Origin: Girardia tigrina
Lineage: Eukaryota
Assembly: GCA_001938485.1 (NCBI GenBank)
Contig: MQRK01234477.1
Location: 24,465-76,149 of the forward strand
Length of the DNA stretch: 51,685 bases
Direction of reading: 5' to 3'
Shown: in pieces, positions 34,361-47,569 of the stretch
How the letters are laid out: each line of letters opens with the position of its first letter
Position numbering within the stretch: position 1 is the first letter of the stretch
Program-made: the position numbers and the translations under genes
Notes under the pieces: model-generated
Database searches by the model: none
The model's input: only the letters and a program-made list of their open reading frames with translations
What the model was told of the DNA's origin: nothing

Positions 34361-36339
34361 TCTGATAATATTAGAAAAAATTTATTTAAAATATAAGATA
34401 TGAAAATTGATTCAATAATTGTATTTTATTGAAATTGGTTTTTTTCAAAATTATTGTATTTTCAACTGAAACTTCAAAAGATAAAGAGTAATAAATATTT
34501 GTTTCTTGAAAAATCAAAAACAAGAGTTCTCGTGATGTTACTTATCGTCCATTGGGAAATATTTTACAGAAATTTTGAATACATACAGAATAACAAATTG
34601 TAAACTGAATTCACTTAAGCGAATAAAAATTTTGTATTAAGTTAAAATTCAAAAACTTTTTTGGAATATTTAAATATTCGAAAAATGCATAAAATATCAA
34701 ATAATCGAATATTCAAAATTGCGAAATTGTTATATTTATCTATAAATCTCTCTCCTTGGCAATAGACGACTCAAATCATATTTCCTGACATATTTTTTGA
34801 ATGACCGTAGCTGAAATATTTGTAGCTTCGTTTCGTTTATATATATATATATGATGTTAATTTAAATTAAATAAATAATATTTAAAAAAGAAAGAATTAA
34901 ATAAAATTACATTATTAAATGAAAAAGTATTATATTAAATTTGAATTGAACTTTGTTCGTAATGAGCACAACTAATTGTACAGGAATAGCAAGATTCTAG
35001 ATCACATTAAAAATGCAGAAGTAGAGAGAAAGTTAACTATGAAACTCATTTTTCGGACTTGAAAAAAAATTTTTGACACATCATGAGAAGATTGTATACA
35101 ATGTATACAATGTATTATGTATATGACTTTTTAAAAATGCGAAGAAAATGATTTGGCATAGTAGTAATGTGTGAACTTTTATGAAAGAGAGATAAGTACA
35201 CCAAAATTATGATAGTTACTTAAAAAAAGTTCATCCAACAAACCAATTTTTGAATTTTGAAATTTTACCATTGAAATCAATTGATCTTTTATTTTATAAA
35301 TTATTATTAAATGCTTTTTTTCTAATGTCACATCAGAATTTTTGCTTTGTTAATTAAATATTATTATTGTCGATTGCAGATATTATTGTTGATTGCATCA
35401 TTAATTGATTTTTGACATGTATTCCAAGAAATCATCGGTTGCTGTTTCTAAAAACAAGGCAACATGGAGGCGTAATTTAACGAAGTTTCAGGATTCTAGT
35501 AAAAAATAGGAAAAATTACCATTGAGATTAAAGCTTTGGATTCATTGTGCAAAATGCCAAAGGAAAATATGATAATTGGTGTTAAAATTCACTCTTTATT
35601 CACTGACAAAACAAACAAAGGAACAAAAAGTGATTTTTAACAGATATATAGTGTTATGTACTAAATTGACTTAACTAATGTTTGTTTAGAGGAATTTAGC
35701 AGTTTAATAAAAAAAACAACAGTCGATAAAAAGTAACTTTTAATCACAAACGATAGAACAATATGTACGAAATCTACTGTTAGTAAGATAGTTACTTTCG
35801 ACACTAGTGTACTCGCTGCAGAAGACGTGTCGGAATTGAATTACAATAATACTGGAATGACCTGTTAATATTTTGCTTTGAAATCGAAATTAAGGAATAG
35901 GATTCTGTTACCGAAACTATCGTCAGATAGATTTTGTGAAAGATGAATGGGTAATTCCTCTATTGGATTGATAGATACAAAGTAGAAGGGATTTCTGCTC
36001 TTTTAATAATTTTCCGTAATTATAACGTCGGTAAATAATTACTTGGTTTGTTTAATTTTTTAATGAATAATCAATAATATAAATTTCGCCTTGGAATTTA
36101 TATTATTGTCATAAATAATATAATTTCTATTATATAATTCCTTCGCTCTTTCTTGTAATTTCTTGACTTCCTTCTTCTTTCAGTTAAAATAAACTCAAAT
36201 AAATGAATAAAATAAAATAATAAAAATACAAAAAATAAAATAAAATAAATTTCATCGGTACATAATCAAGCACTATTACATAACATAAAGGCATTTGAAA
36301 ATTAAAAAGTATTGCATTAGATAAGATTGAATGTTTTTT

Positions 36340-38140
36340 TTATCACAAACGAAGAGGAAAATGTAAATTACATAAAGACAAAAGGTTGTTAAACTCATAC
36401 CCAAAAACACAAATACCTTTGCAAAAGATAAGAAAAATAAGATTGCCTTTTGTCATGAGTGTAAGAAATCTGTGAGGTTATTACAATTGGTAAATATTTG
36501 GGTCTGGCTGAAGTGGATAAATCTAGAAAGAAACGAATAGAACTAATTGGAGAAGTTCAGCATCTGTGGAATCACCTCAATTTGAATTGACAGTGAAAAG
36601 ATACGAGGCATACTTGAAAAGACCAGTTGGCAACATATATCAATTTTCATAAAGTGATGATTCAGAGTGGAGGACATGTTGGATTTACAACTGGAGAGAT
36701 TGCTAGTAAGAGTTCTATTCATCCATCAAAGCACAGAAAAGTTTAAAGTTTTCTTTAAGTTGACGCGCTTCCCTGTAAACAGCTCGGTATACACCTGACG
36801 GAGAAGGGGTTGGTATTTGGTGGTGATGATGACGACGACGATGGTGATAAGGATGGAGGTGGGGATGATGAAGATGGCGATAACGACAATGACGATGATA
36901 ATGATGATGGTGGTGGGGATGATGATGATGAAGATTATGAGGCAGAAATGTTTCCCTTTCAGAAGTGTAAACAACGTTCGCAGCAGTCGACATGTAGTGC
37001 GGTTAAGTCAGTACGATCAGTAAAGTTGCTCGTTCGAAGGGCGGCTACAGTAGGCCTTATTTTGCAACAACCCGGGATCCGAATACCAACCCATTCTCAG
37101 TCAGGTGAATACCGAGTGGTTTTCTGGGAAGTGCGTCAACTTAAAGAAAACTTTAAACTAAATTTGAATAAAAGTCTATTGTGCTTACATTTTTATGGGA
37201 AGATTTTGAATAGAAAAGAACACCAAGTAGTTGTTTTGAAGAAAGAAGATAGGGGAGTTAGACTAATGTCTTGGCGCTACCCGATGGCAAAGCTGCTACC
37301 ACTGCAGAGGCAATTCATAACGTATTGGATGAGTATAGATTGTGGACGGCTATTAAAATGATTAAAATTAAAATACTATCCGATACAACAAATTTTAACA
37401 CTGGTTCCAGGTCTGGCGTTGTTGTTAGACTTCAGAGGAAGTTCGTAGAACATAAGGAATTCGCACAAATGTTTATTGGATGTATTAGATCGTGTATTTA
37501 GATATGTGTGTGATCAAATGTTCGGTGGTGTGACTAAGTCTCCTAACATACTTTACCCTTTTGTGACAATGATTATTGAGGATTAAGAAATGTTGAAAGA
37601 AGAGTGTAGAAATATAGAGAATAACGCCTTAAAACTACCTGAAAAAAAACAAGGTTGGCGTGATGATATGAAGTTTCTACATCATCTAATTAGAGTATTT
37701 ATACATTATCAAACTTTCAACATTATGCCTAACATTAAGTTTGGTGCACTGTCTGGCATCAGCAATGCCCGTTGGAGATCACGCGCAATATTTACTTTGT
37801 TAGCCTACATACTGTTGCCTACTGAGCGAGAACATGTAAAACAAGTATGTAGATTTATTTTCGGTGCTTTGTGTGACGCATGGTTCAGTGATCAATTGTA
37901 CTGTCCAGAGCAGTACGACCTTCTGCATGATGCAGTTCTTCCTTATCCAAAGGCATCATGCTCCCTGGAGAAACACGGGTCACAAAGTCCTTTCCCTATA
38001 ACAACGCACCTCAGTAATTTGTGTGCTGAGAGGTCAATAAAAGTTTTACAAGACATTGCTCCTCTCTGTCACTCAGTAGAAAAACTTTGCGTTTTCTGTT
38101 ATCTAATGATGCGTGATTAATAGGCGCATTTGTGGCTGAC
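36340..38140 (+). mobile_element. Degenerate hAT-related (hATm-like) transposase
   Basis: LHFYGK, LSDTTNFNTGSRSGVV, SNARWRSRAI, NLCAERSIKVLQD resemble the recalled DTTASNTG / ARW / AERG motifs; frameshifted; ends not found. Confidence 0.6.
36818..36935. repeat. Degenerate (GAT/GGT/GAC)n trinucleotide repeat
   Basis: Directly visible; produces the poly-Asp, poly-His, poly-Met and poly-Ile ORFs. Confidence 0.9.
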
Positions 38141-38181
38141 TATAACCGTAATAATGTGGTAGCATAAAAATCTTTAGACTA

Positions 38182-38709
38182 TATTAAGAACACCAACATG
38201 GGTTTTCAAACTTTTATTCTCATTACAATCCGAATTATCTTTTGGACAACTCTCAGCAAAGCTCTCGTCATTCGACATCGTTCTAAATTGATAATTTTTA
38301 TTAATGTTTGTTAATAAACAATTATTCGAACAAATTTTTCATTATTTTCTGATTTTATTATTAAAATTCAAATTTGTAGTTTTAGTATTAATTTTTATTT
38401 ACATATTAATTTTATTTAAAAATTATTTTATGTAAAGAAAGAATATTTAATTAATTCAAAACTTAGTTAAAACTATTTATTTTATTTAAATTTTAATATG
38501 AAGATTTTATATTTTTAATGTTTTTAAATATCTTATACTGTACTTTAAAATATAAAGTATATAAATTATACTCGAATAATTATTTATCGTGAACATCTAA
38601 AATATCAATTTTCCATCTGGGTGGGAGAAACACATTTCCAAATACTAAACTCAACATACAAAATTCAACAAACCAATTTCAACATACCAAATTTAAAATA
38701 TTCCTCACA
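38182..38709 (-). mobile_element. Solo Gypsy LTR (528 bp) with exact 5-bp TSD
   Basis: GACTA at 38177-38181 and 38710-38714; termini on minus are TGTGAGG...GTTCTTAATA. Confidence 0.96.
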
Positions 38710-38934
38710 GACTACTTAGTGGGTGAGATTTTTTATAATTGAATACAATTGTATATAATTTTATGATTATCTAGTAAAATATCATTTGTTGCTGATATGT
38801 CGTTAAAATGTTATTCCGAAGTCATATCAATAGTAATTCATACACTTTATTCACTCACTATAACTATGTATTTCGCAACTAATTAATGGAGAAGTTAGTA
38901 AATAGTCATTTTGCATCCACCTAAAAGCTATATA

Positions 38935-40568
38935 CAGGGTGCTCATAAAGTCACTTGACATGTTTGAAATCTTTTTTTGAAAAATCTGTGAATGCTAGCA
39001 AAGCAATTTCTTAATAAAATACATCGATAGGTACTACCAAATTATGTAATATAAAAATTTTAACTTTTTATAAAATCTTTTGTAAGTAGTATATCATAAT
39101 TAAATTATGTAAAAATTTCGAAAATTGTAACAAAATTTGTAGAGCCAAACTTAATCGAAAATTCGTACATTAATTGAAGCAAAATAAAATGTTTACATAA
39201 TTTGTTTGTCTGAACCAAATGTAGAATAATAAAAATAGCACAGTGCATAATTTTGATATATAGCAGAGAATAGCATAACAGGAAAAGTAACTTAAATTTT
39301 GTTCCACAGTTTTTGTATTGACAGTTATTGGTTTAGATTTATGAAGATGGTATTGACATTGAAACAAAGAATTCAACTGGTTCAACTATATTATGCAAAC
39401 AACAAATCAATTACTGCAACGATCCGCTTATACAGTATGGAATTCAAAACATTTGCTCAAGACAAGGGTTGACGAATTTGATTCACAAATTTGAAAAAAA
39501 CAGAATCAGTTAAAGATGCTGACAAGAGTGGTCGTCCAAGCGTTTCGAAAGAAACGCTAGCTGAGGTGAATGAAGCAACAACCAGAATTCAAGATTTAGA
39601 TGCTCAAGGTACCTCAAGCACAAGAATCATTGCCAGAGATTTGAATCTTTCAAAGTCAACAATTTGGAATGTTCTTCGCACAAAATTAAAACACCATCCA
39701 TACAAAATCTCAAGAGTGCAGGAAATTACAAAAGATGACACGCATTTGAGATATGTTTTTGCTTTGCGTGCCATTGTCATAATGGAAACTGAAGAAAATT
39801 GGCTGTACAACATTTTATGGTCTGATGAAGCGCATTTCTCCATAAGTGGCCATGTTAATACCAAAAACTGTGTGGTATGGGCTGATCAGAATCCTCACCT
39901 ACTTCATTCACGACCCTTATTTTCTCCTAGAATTACCGTTTGGTGTGGTTTCACAAGTAATTTCATCCTTGGTCCTTACTTTTTTGAAGAACAACGTGCT
40001 AATGGGACTGTTCACACTGTTACTGTTACTGGCGCTAGGTACCTGGATCTTTTACAAACATTCATCATTCCTCAACTCCAACAGTTGCAAGTCCTGCAAG
40101 AAACTACATTTCAACATGATGGGGCACCCCCACATAATACAATCGCGGTTCGCAGATTTCTCGCAGANNNNNNNNNNNNNNNNNNNNNNNNNNNNNNNNN
40201 NNNNNNNNNNNNNNNNNNNNNNNNNNNNNNNNNNNNNNNNNNNNNNNNNNNNNNNNNNNNNNNNNNNNNNNNNNNNNNNNNCCTGCTCCTGCAACACTTA
40301 ATGAACTCAAAGAGCGTATCACTGACTGCATTGCTCATATTAACATTGACATCCTTCGAAATGTTGTGGGTAATTTTGCTGATAGAGTTTAATTTAATTT
40401 CACATTTTGAAAATTATATGTAGCATTTTTAATTAAAACTGGATATTTTTATATTACATAATTTGGTAGTACCTATCGATGTATTTTATTAATAAATTGC
40501 TTTGCTAGCATTCACAGATTTTTCAAAAAAAGTTTTCAAACATGTAAAGTGACTTTATGGGCACCCTG
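38935..40568 (+). mobile_element. Tc1/mariner-superfamily element with about 120-bp TIRs
   Basis: TIRs CAGGGTGC(T/C)CATAAAGTCACTT..., TA TSD; transposase WSDEAHF, ITVWCGF, ILGPYFF, FQHDGAPPH; third catalytic residue hidden by an N gap; N-terminal frameshift. Confidence 0.94.
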
Positions 40569-40599
40569 TATATATATATATATATATATATAAAATGAC

Positions 40600-40880
40600 T
40601 CTAAATGATTTGTACTACCTGTCTCGTAGTCGATGGCTGGCGACTAAATCGGCTCCGTGACTCAAAGCAACCTGGGTTAAGAAGGTGTGTGGACACCAAA
40701 CAGGATGAAAAACAAAACTTATCAATGGACGGATGACCTCCTTGGAGCCAACAGCCATCCATACCTGGAGCGGAGATAGGCTCCACAAGGTTACTTGTCC
40801 TCTGATACACTTAAAAATATGCAAAGACAAGCTAGAGATGTGACGAAGGCTTGTGCATAATTGGGTGCACCCTAGTCCAA
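40600..40880 (+). mobile_element. GC-richer structured fragment, possibly the 5' end of an RTE-like retroelement or SINE
   Basis: Compositional island with GTCG...GGCGACTAA and GGAGCC...GGCTCC hairpins; resemblance is from memory only. Confidence 0.25.
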
Positions 40881-41889
40881 ACGGTTACGGTCCAAAAAAT
40901 AGTTTTCATTATAAAAATCACTGCAGCTAATGAAATTCAACAAAATTTTACAAAATTTCTTAATTTTTTCTAAATTTAATAATATTTATAGACTAATAAA
41001 AAGAAGTTAAAAAAAGGAAAAAATAGTTATTGGTAAAAAGATTACTTTAAGTTCTCACAGATCTCTAATGTATTTACAATCGAAATCGGTATATCAAATA
41101 ATGAACCCCCCAACATGAATAATAATTATAATGATTCTATATATAAATCTAGAACTACTTTTACTGTAAAATAATAAAATTGAAATCGTATATTTCATGA
41201 AAATTATAGTTCAATTCACATAGAAAGATATTGAGCGCGACGGATTACATTTTGTTTTCAAAAAATAATTCGTTTCCGTACAAAATAATAAATAATCACA
41301 ATTTAAACATAAATTAATTCGAACAACAATCTGACAATTTGTCAAAAAAACTTGGCTCTTTATTTATACTTTTGGGGTTACTAAGTTTGACAGTACTGTT
41401 TGATCTTCTGTTCGATCCGTAAGTTGGAGCTTGATAGCGGTACACTTCTACAAAGGATATCAGTAATTAACAGATTTATTTTAAAAAATTAAAGGCAGAA
41501 TATGATGAAAGGTTTTTGACCTTTTTAAACTTGAAGGATGTCTGGCTAAAATTCCTTAAATTTTAGCTGAACTAAATTACAAGGACAAATTGAAATTTAC
41601 TTTAAAATTTTGAATCATCGTAATATCTCGAAAAATTTCTTTTCATCTTAAAATTACTTAAAATTTCTTCTTTTGATATTATTTTGGCCATATTTCAGAT
41701 CAAAATTGAATATTGTAAGATTAAAATTCACAGGCAACCATTTTCCACACAAAAGTTAGTAAGGTTTTTTATAAAGCCCTCTATTTCGTTATTTTGATAT
41801 AATTCCTATTTATATGTTCTTATTATCTTTATTTATATTTATTTATTTTTATTTTATTTATTATTTTATTATATTTTATTTATTTTATA

Positions 41890-43066
41890 GCCAACAGGTA
41901 AATTTTTCACTCCTCTGAGGCAACAAGGATTTGCGCTTTTTCCGATTAATAGAGGGCATCTTTCTCTGATCCATCCATGTTACATGTGAAAAGGACAGTA
42001 GGACGATCTTTAAACTTTTTACCCCAGCAACGTTATTTTTGTGGAATGTCAAGGTGCTGTCTGACATAGCACGATAATATAAACCACTCTTATCAGTGTT
42101 AAAAATATCTGCAGGAGAATATTCCGTCAGCAGATGAAGCAACACTTCGGACAACAAGCGATCCGCACGGGCCTTATCAGCATCTTGTTTTTTACCATGA
42201 AATTTCTTATAGACAATATTGTTACGCACCTTCTATCTTGTCAACCAACCATCTGTTGGGTTGAAATCAGTAACACCAAGGGATTCGGCCAAAGAACTGG
42301 CGTTGTCACACAGAATATCACGAGTAATTGGTGCATTTTTATCTCTTGCTCTTGTAAACCAAATTAACAGTGCTTCTTCAACATCAGATGCTTTACCTTT
42401 TCTCTTCCGTTTTCGACTGACATTTTGGTGGCCATAATTCATTTCTTTTAATTCAACCCGAGACTTCAATAGCTAGCAAAGACGAGGCTGAGAGATTCCT
42501 AACTTGGCTGCTGCTTCTCTTTGGCTGACAGAACCACAAGAATCATACTGTTCCAGAAGTTCCAATTTTTCAATTACAGACAGATCTTTTCTTTTACGAA
42601 TAGAAATGCCGCTTTGAGTTGATTTTTTTTCGAATTCATCGGAACTGGTTCATTAAATTGATTCATAGTTAGAATTAGTTAATTTACCAAAATTGGCCGT
42701 TTTTTTAGAACTAAAACCCGGCAAAAAACTAGAATTTTCGTATATAGATTTATAATCAAATTTAGACATTTGAAAATTTTGTATTTGAAAAGTTGAATTA
42801 AAATGATTGTGAATATTTAAACACGAATTATACGAATTTTATTAAATTATTACATTAAATTATTACGTCATGCATTAAAATACTCAGTATAATTAATTTG
42901 AGTTAATTCAGCACAGTAGACAAAAATAGACAAAAACTCCAGGATCATATTAGACGGCGGCTCGATCACATTAAGCTGCGTAAAATGCACAGAAATTGGT
43001 GATTAGGTTTTGGTTTTTTAAGATTGATCACATAAAACGGCTGATAACATAAAGTGGTGCCCACTG
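41890..43066 (-). mobile_element. Tigger/pogo-like transposon, 3' truncated
   Basis: End TA-CAGTGGGCACCACTTTATG; HTH RKRKDLSVIEKLELLEQY, CENP-B-like VEEALLIWF..TDGWLTR, DDE start YSPADIFNTDKSGLYYRAM. Confidence 0.9.
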
Positions 43067-43121
<55 letters not shown>

Positions 43122-43171
43122 NNNNNNNNNNNNNNNNNNNNNNNNNNNNNNNNNNNNNNNNNNNNNNNNNN

Positions 43172-43209
<38 letters not shown>

Positions 43210-44299
43210 TATATTATATTGTATTAATTTTAAAAATAAAAAATTATTTTAACATTAATCATTTTATTTCACTTAACTTAAATGATACTTTATTAATAAG
43301 AATCGTTCATTATTCATTTTACTTTTATTATTGTTGTATTAAAATAAATTTACAAGCTAAGTAACCATTAATACTGTTTAAAATAGTTTTCCTGTAGTAT
43401 TTTTCGTTATAAAATAAATCGAATTTCTAAATCGGTCAACTCCCTAAGTAACTTATTTATTAATTAATATATGAGAATTTTAAATAAATAATAATTCCTC
43501 AAATTAAAGTATGACTAAATCACGTTATGGTTAATTATTTTATCAATATTATTTTAGTTTGATATTTTAATATATTTTATTATATAAAATAATATTTGTT
43601 AAGTATATAAAATAATAAATACCAACATTGTTATTTAAAGAAGAAATATTTATATTTAATAAAGTCATATTTATTCTACATTGTTTGACAAGAAATCCGT
43701 TTCATAATCTTTATGGTTCTTTGAGTCGCTTTGATTTGCGTAAATGTATCCATTCGAATTTTAAAAAAAAGTATTTTTATTACAAATATAATAATAACTA
43801 CAAAATAATAATAATAGAAAAAAAAATATTTATCCAAATATTTTTATCTTATCAAATAATATTAATATTTATTTTATAAATAGACAACGAATTTCAAAGA
43901 AATCGTCCGCCAATTTATAAATTTTCTCTCATACTTTCTGTTGTAATTATATTTTGTCTAATTATTTTTATAGCTATTTTTTCCATTTTCAATTGATTCG
44001 TTTATATTTATAGTTTGCTTTTTTAATGGGTAAAATCAATTTTTAATTTTGAGATATTATAAAAGATATTATTAACAACATCAATATGATTTTTCGAACA
44101 TTTATTACTATTAAAGGTAGAGTTGCCTATACTACAATTCTTCAAATCACTTTCACTATCGAGATCTTTCTTGGTTAATATTTTTTCTGAAGATCATCCT
44201 AATATACGAAAGCAAATGGAAAATATTTATAATATAAATTAATTATCGGATCCCTCATTCGTTGAAATCAAATATAAACATTAAAAAAATAAAATACCA

Positions 44300-44389
44300 A
44301 TCAGCCATCTGGATAGGAGAGACACAATCCGAATCAACACACAACGTGCAATATATAAAACAACATAACAATTCAGAACATTCCTCCCA
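44300..44389 (-). mobile_element. Diverged fragment of a Gypsy LTR 5' end
   Basis: CCATCTGGATAGGAGAGACACAAT ... ACATTCCTCCCA has the same motif and spacing as the LTR ending at 17016. Confidence 0.55.
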
Positions 44390-45249
44390 GATAAAAATGA
44401 ATGTAAATAAAAACATCAAAATAAGGAAAATATAATTATATAAATAAAGAAAATAAAAATAAAGAAAAATAATATGCGACTTAATGAAACTTTTAATGGA
44501 TAATTTTGAAAGTCCTTTTAAACCGATTTATTTTTCAATTATTCAATTAAATTCATTTAAATTATATAATAAATAAAGATTTTTCGGATGAAACATGTTT
44601 TAAATCATATTGCGTCTTCAATCAGAAGTCCATAATTACAATTTTGAAAGTATATTTTTCATTAGGAAAGCTCAATTTATTCAGCTGGAGAAACAATTTG
44701 ATAGATGAAAATGATGTGAAAGTGACCAAACAAAAATAACATTTCAAGATATTTTGGAAAATATAAGAGATTCTTTATACAAATATTATCGAAAAAGAAA
44801 TTGGGAGTTGATAAGTGGGTTATTTTTAATGTCACATAAATGATTAAATGTCAACAAACATTATTTTCTCGTTTTTGTTAAAAATTATATTTCCATAAAT
44901 TCATTAAGCCAATTTCGCTCTTTCTGTCACATGAATTAATTATTAAATTAGAAAGTAATGAACTAATGAAATGAACGTAATTATTAAATTTTATTATTTT
45001 TCTTGTTACATTATTGAAGAACAAATAGGGATAGCTCTTAGAGAGCAGGTGAGTCTGGAAAGGAGAAACTAACTGTCGGTTATTTGAAATAAGGTAGAAA
45101 AAAGATTTAACGATAACACTAGAAATCTTTATAAAAATTATTGTCTTGGGTATATATAAATGGAGAGAAAGGTAGTGTTTAAATTGTTTTGAAAAATAAA
45201 CTATTTATTCAATTTAAAACAAAATTCATCCATTAAAAATATATTTATA

Positions 45250-45292
45250 GACAATATATATATTTCGACAATTCAACAGTTATCTTCAGGTC
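45250..45292 (-). ncRNA. Minimal type I hammerhead ribozyme core in the Penelope pLTR
   Basis: Minus strand: GAC-CTGAAGA-TAACTGTTGAATTGTC-GAAA-TATATATA-TT-GTC. Core boxes CUGANGA and GAAA intact, stem I GAC/GTC, palindromic stem III, stem II imperfect. Confidence 0.65.
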
Positions 45293-46320
45293 ACTGATTA
45301 ATAATTTACTTCAACTCTAAATAAATACAAATACCTTGATTTTGTAATCGATTGCATAAAGTCACACCAGTCAAAAATTCTCAATGAGCTGGTTGAGACT
45401 ATCGATTAATGGAAATCAAAAGATGAAAATCAACCTTTAGTATTTAAAAGATATATTGATGATATATTTTTAGTTTCTAAAAATCGGGTGATCTACTTCC
45501 ATTTTTAAATTTTATGAATTTTTTACATCCAAATGTTACTTTTACAATTGAAAATGAAACGAATGGAGTCTTTAAATTTCTGAATCTTTTGGTTGAAAGA
45601 AAGTTTCTTATGTACGAGAATGGAATTAATAGGAAGCAAGGTGATATAAACTTATATGTTTCACTGGACAGTTTTTATTAACTTAAGTATAAAGAAACAT
45701 GATTAGAGGCTGAATTAATCGATATTGGTAGTCGTCTTCAACTTTTCTTAAATCTGTAGAAAGGGGTAATAAACTATGATCTTTGTTAAATAAGAATGGT
45801 TATTCAAAATCTTTTCTGAAAAAATAATAAATAAAACAGTGGATAAGAGAATTCTTAAAGATAATTCAAAAAATTAGAGTTTTGCTTCTCCTGATGGATC
45901 TAAGAAAGAAATTGAAGTATCATTAGATATTAATAAGATTCCTAAATATTGCTTATTTGTACCTTATTTTGAAGGATATAAAAACTTTAAAAATGCATTG
46001 TTAAAAGTAATTAATAAAGAATTAAATTTAAAAATTATATCATGATCTCATAAAATACCAAATATGTTCAGTAATAAATCTGTATGTAAAAAACGTAAAT
46101 GTGATATTTATATTAATATTGTCGTAATTCTGTGTAAGCATTTTGATAGTAATTTGGAGAGATAGTCATGTAAAGTATAGCTAATTAGGTCGAGTTGCCC
46201 TAAAATCAAGTTTCAATCGGTAGTCTCAAACAGCTTATTAAAAATTTTAATTTATGTGATATCATGCAATCGATTACATAATAATGATTTATATACAGGT
46301 GCATTAAATTATTAATCAGA

Positions 46321-46359
46321 TACCCGAAGATGACGTTTGATACGTCGAAGTATATTGTC
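46321..46359 (+). ncRNA. Degenerate hammerhead core, second pLTR copy
   Basis: TAC-CCGAAGA-T-GACGT-TTGAT-ACGTC-GAAG-TATA-TT-GTC; perfect 5-bp stem II but both core boxes have a substitution. Confidence 0.55.
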
Positions 46360-46509
46360 TACAAATATATTTGTCTAATGGATTAATTTTGTTGCTAATA
46401 AAAAATTTTCATTCGGATTGAATTTTATCATTATTTTTAGTAAGTGACTAATTTTGGGAGATATCAATACAATTTTCATTGTCTTCTTATTTGTTGAACA
46501 TTCTTTGAA

Positions 46510-46715
46510 CACGAATATATGCAAACCTTATTTTTGTATATAAGGTGGATGATTTGTTGATTGTAACAGGAATATCGAAGAGGGCTCTGAATCGAAAGGC
46601 TAATTCCATCGTAGATTGCCTATCTTTGAGAGGGGGCTGAGGAAATCATCAGTTTGGGTGAATCCTCTAATGAGCCTGAGGCACAATGTCGAGATTGGAG
46701 GTCCACTATCATTTT
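46510..46715 (+). mobile_element. Short non-LTR reverse transcriptase remnant
   Basis: GC-richer island encoding YKVDDLLIVTGISKRALNRKANSIVDCLSLRG (xxDD motif and following helix). Confidence 0.35.
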
Positions 46716-47161
46716 GTTTTCATCATTATGATTATTATTAATAATAATGATAATTATAATCAATGTTTATTAATAGCATCCAATTATTTGTCCCAGGAAA
46801 CAATTTGTTATTCATTCATCACTTGTCTAAAAATTTCTGTTATAAATAGTTTATAGGAAAAACCTGACTTTCTGTCATCATTTGAAAATAAGCAAACAGA
46901 TAAAAGCACCTTTTGTTTTAAAGAATGTTTTTCAGGAGAATTATATAATTCGTTTCATAAAATATTTATTATAATTATATTTTTTCAACTTTATTTTCTA
47001 TTTTACAATAAGTAAACAAGATTGATTATATTTCTTACAAATTATTACATTTAATTTATATTATTTTATTATTTATTTCAATTGTTAATTTGAACGAGCA
47101 TTTTTATTTTTATTTATTAAATAAATTAATAATTAATCGACTCAACTATGAAAAAGTTTAC

Positions 47162-47480
47162 CTTTCACCAATTCAATAAAGGCTTCTTCCACATTTTCCG
47201 CGTTTAAGGCTGATGTTTCAACATACTTCATGTCATTTTGCCCTGTAAAACATTATTATGTATACATTTATGTAAAGATTACATTGGCATACTGGCATAT
47301 AATTCCGCTTCTTCTGTGGTAACTTCTTGTTTCTTTAGGTCAGATTTGTTACCTACTAGAATTATTTTTGCATTTGGCATGTGGTCGTGCATGCATTGGA
47401 GCCAGCGGTTAAGGTTTGTAAATGAATTTCTTTTGGCTAGGTCAAAAACCAATAAGCCTCCCATTCCATTACGATAATAC
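47162..47480 (-). CDS. Rab-family small GTPase, two internal exons (47293-47480, 47162-47242)
   Basis: YYRNGMGGLLVFDL, IILVGNKSDL (G4), YVETSALNAENVEEAF (G5); 50-bp GT-AG intron in phase. G1-G3 exons and the prenylation motif were not located. Confidence 0.88.
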
Positions 47481-47569
47481 CTATAAGAACAAGATAATAA
47501 CGATAATAATAATAACGGTAAGAAGAAACAACAAGAAAAGATACAATAAAAAAGTTTAGAATTATCGTC

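Larger units (their letters stand above)
45202..46400 (+). mobile_element. Penelope-like element remnant with inverted pseudo-LTRs
   Basis: RT fragments PLVFKRYIDDIFLV and FMNFLHPNVTFTIENETNGVFKFLNLLVE; about 45202-45367 is an inverted diverged copy of about 46255-46400. Confidence 0.85.

Noticed and set aside
34400-36300. Patches of coding-like sequence (also 8260-8760, 19500-20300 and 41270-41760)
   Set aside because: No open frame or motif I could assign; probably old TE debris.
36715-37023. Poly-His, poly-Ile and poly-Met ORFs
   Set aside because: Alternative frames of a GAT-type microsatellite inside a transposase remnant.
40595-40665. Possible HDV-like ribozyme
   Set aside because: P2- and P4-like pairings can be drawn, but a full P1 and a canonical L3/P1.1 could not be fitted.
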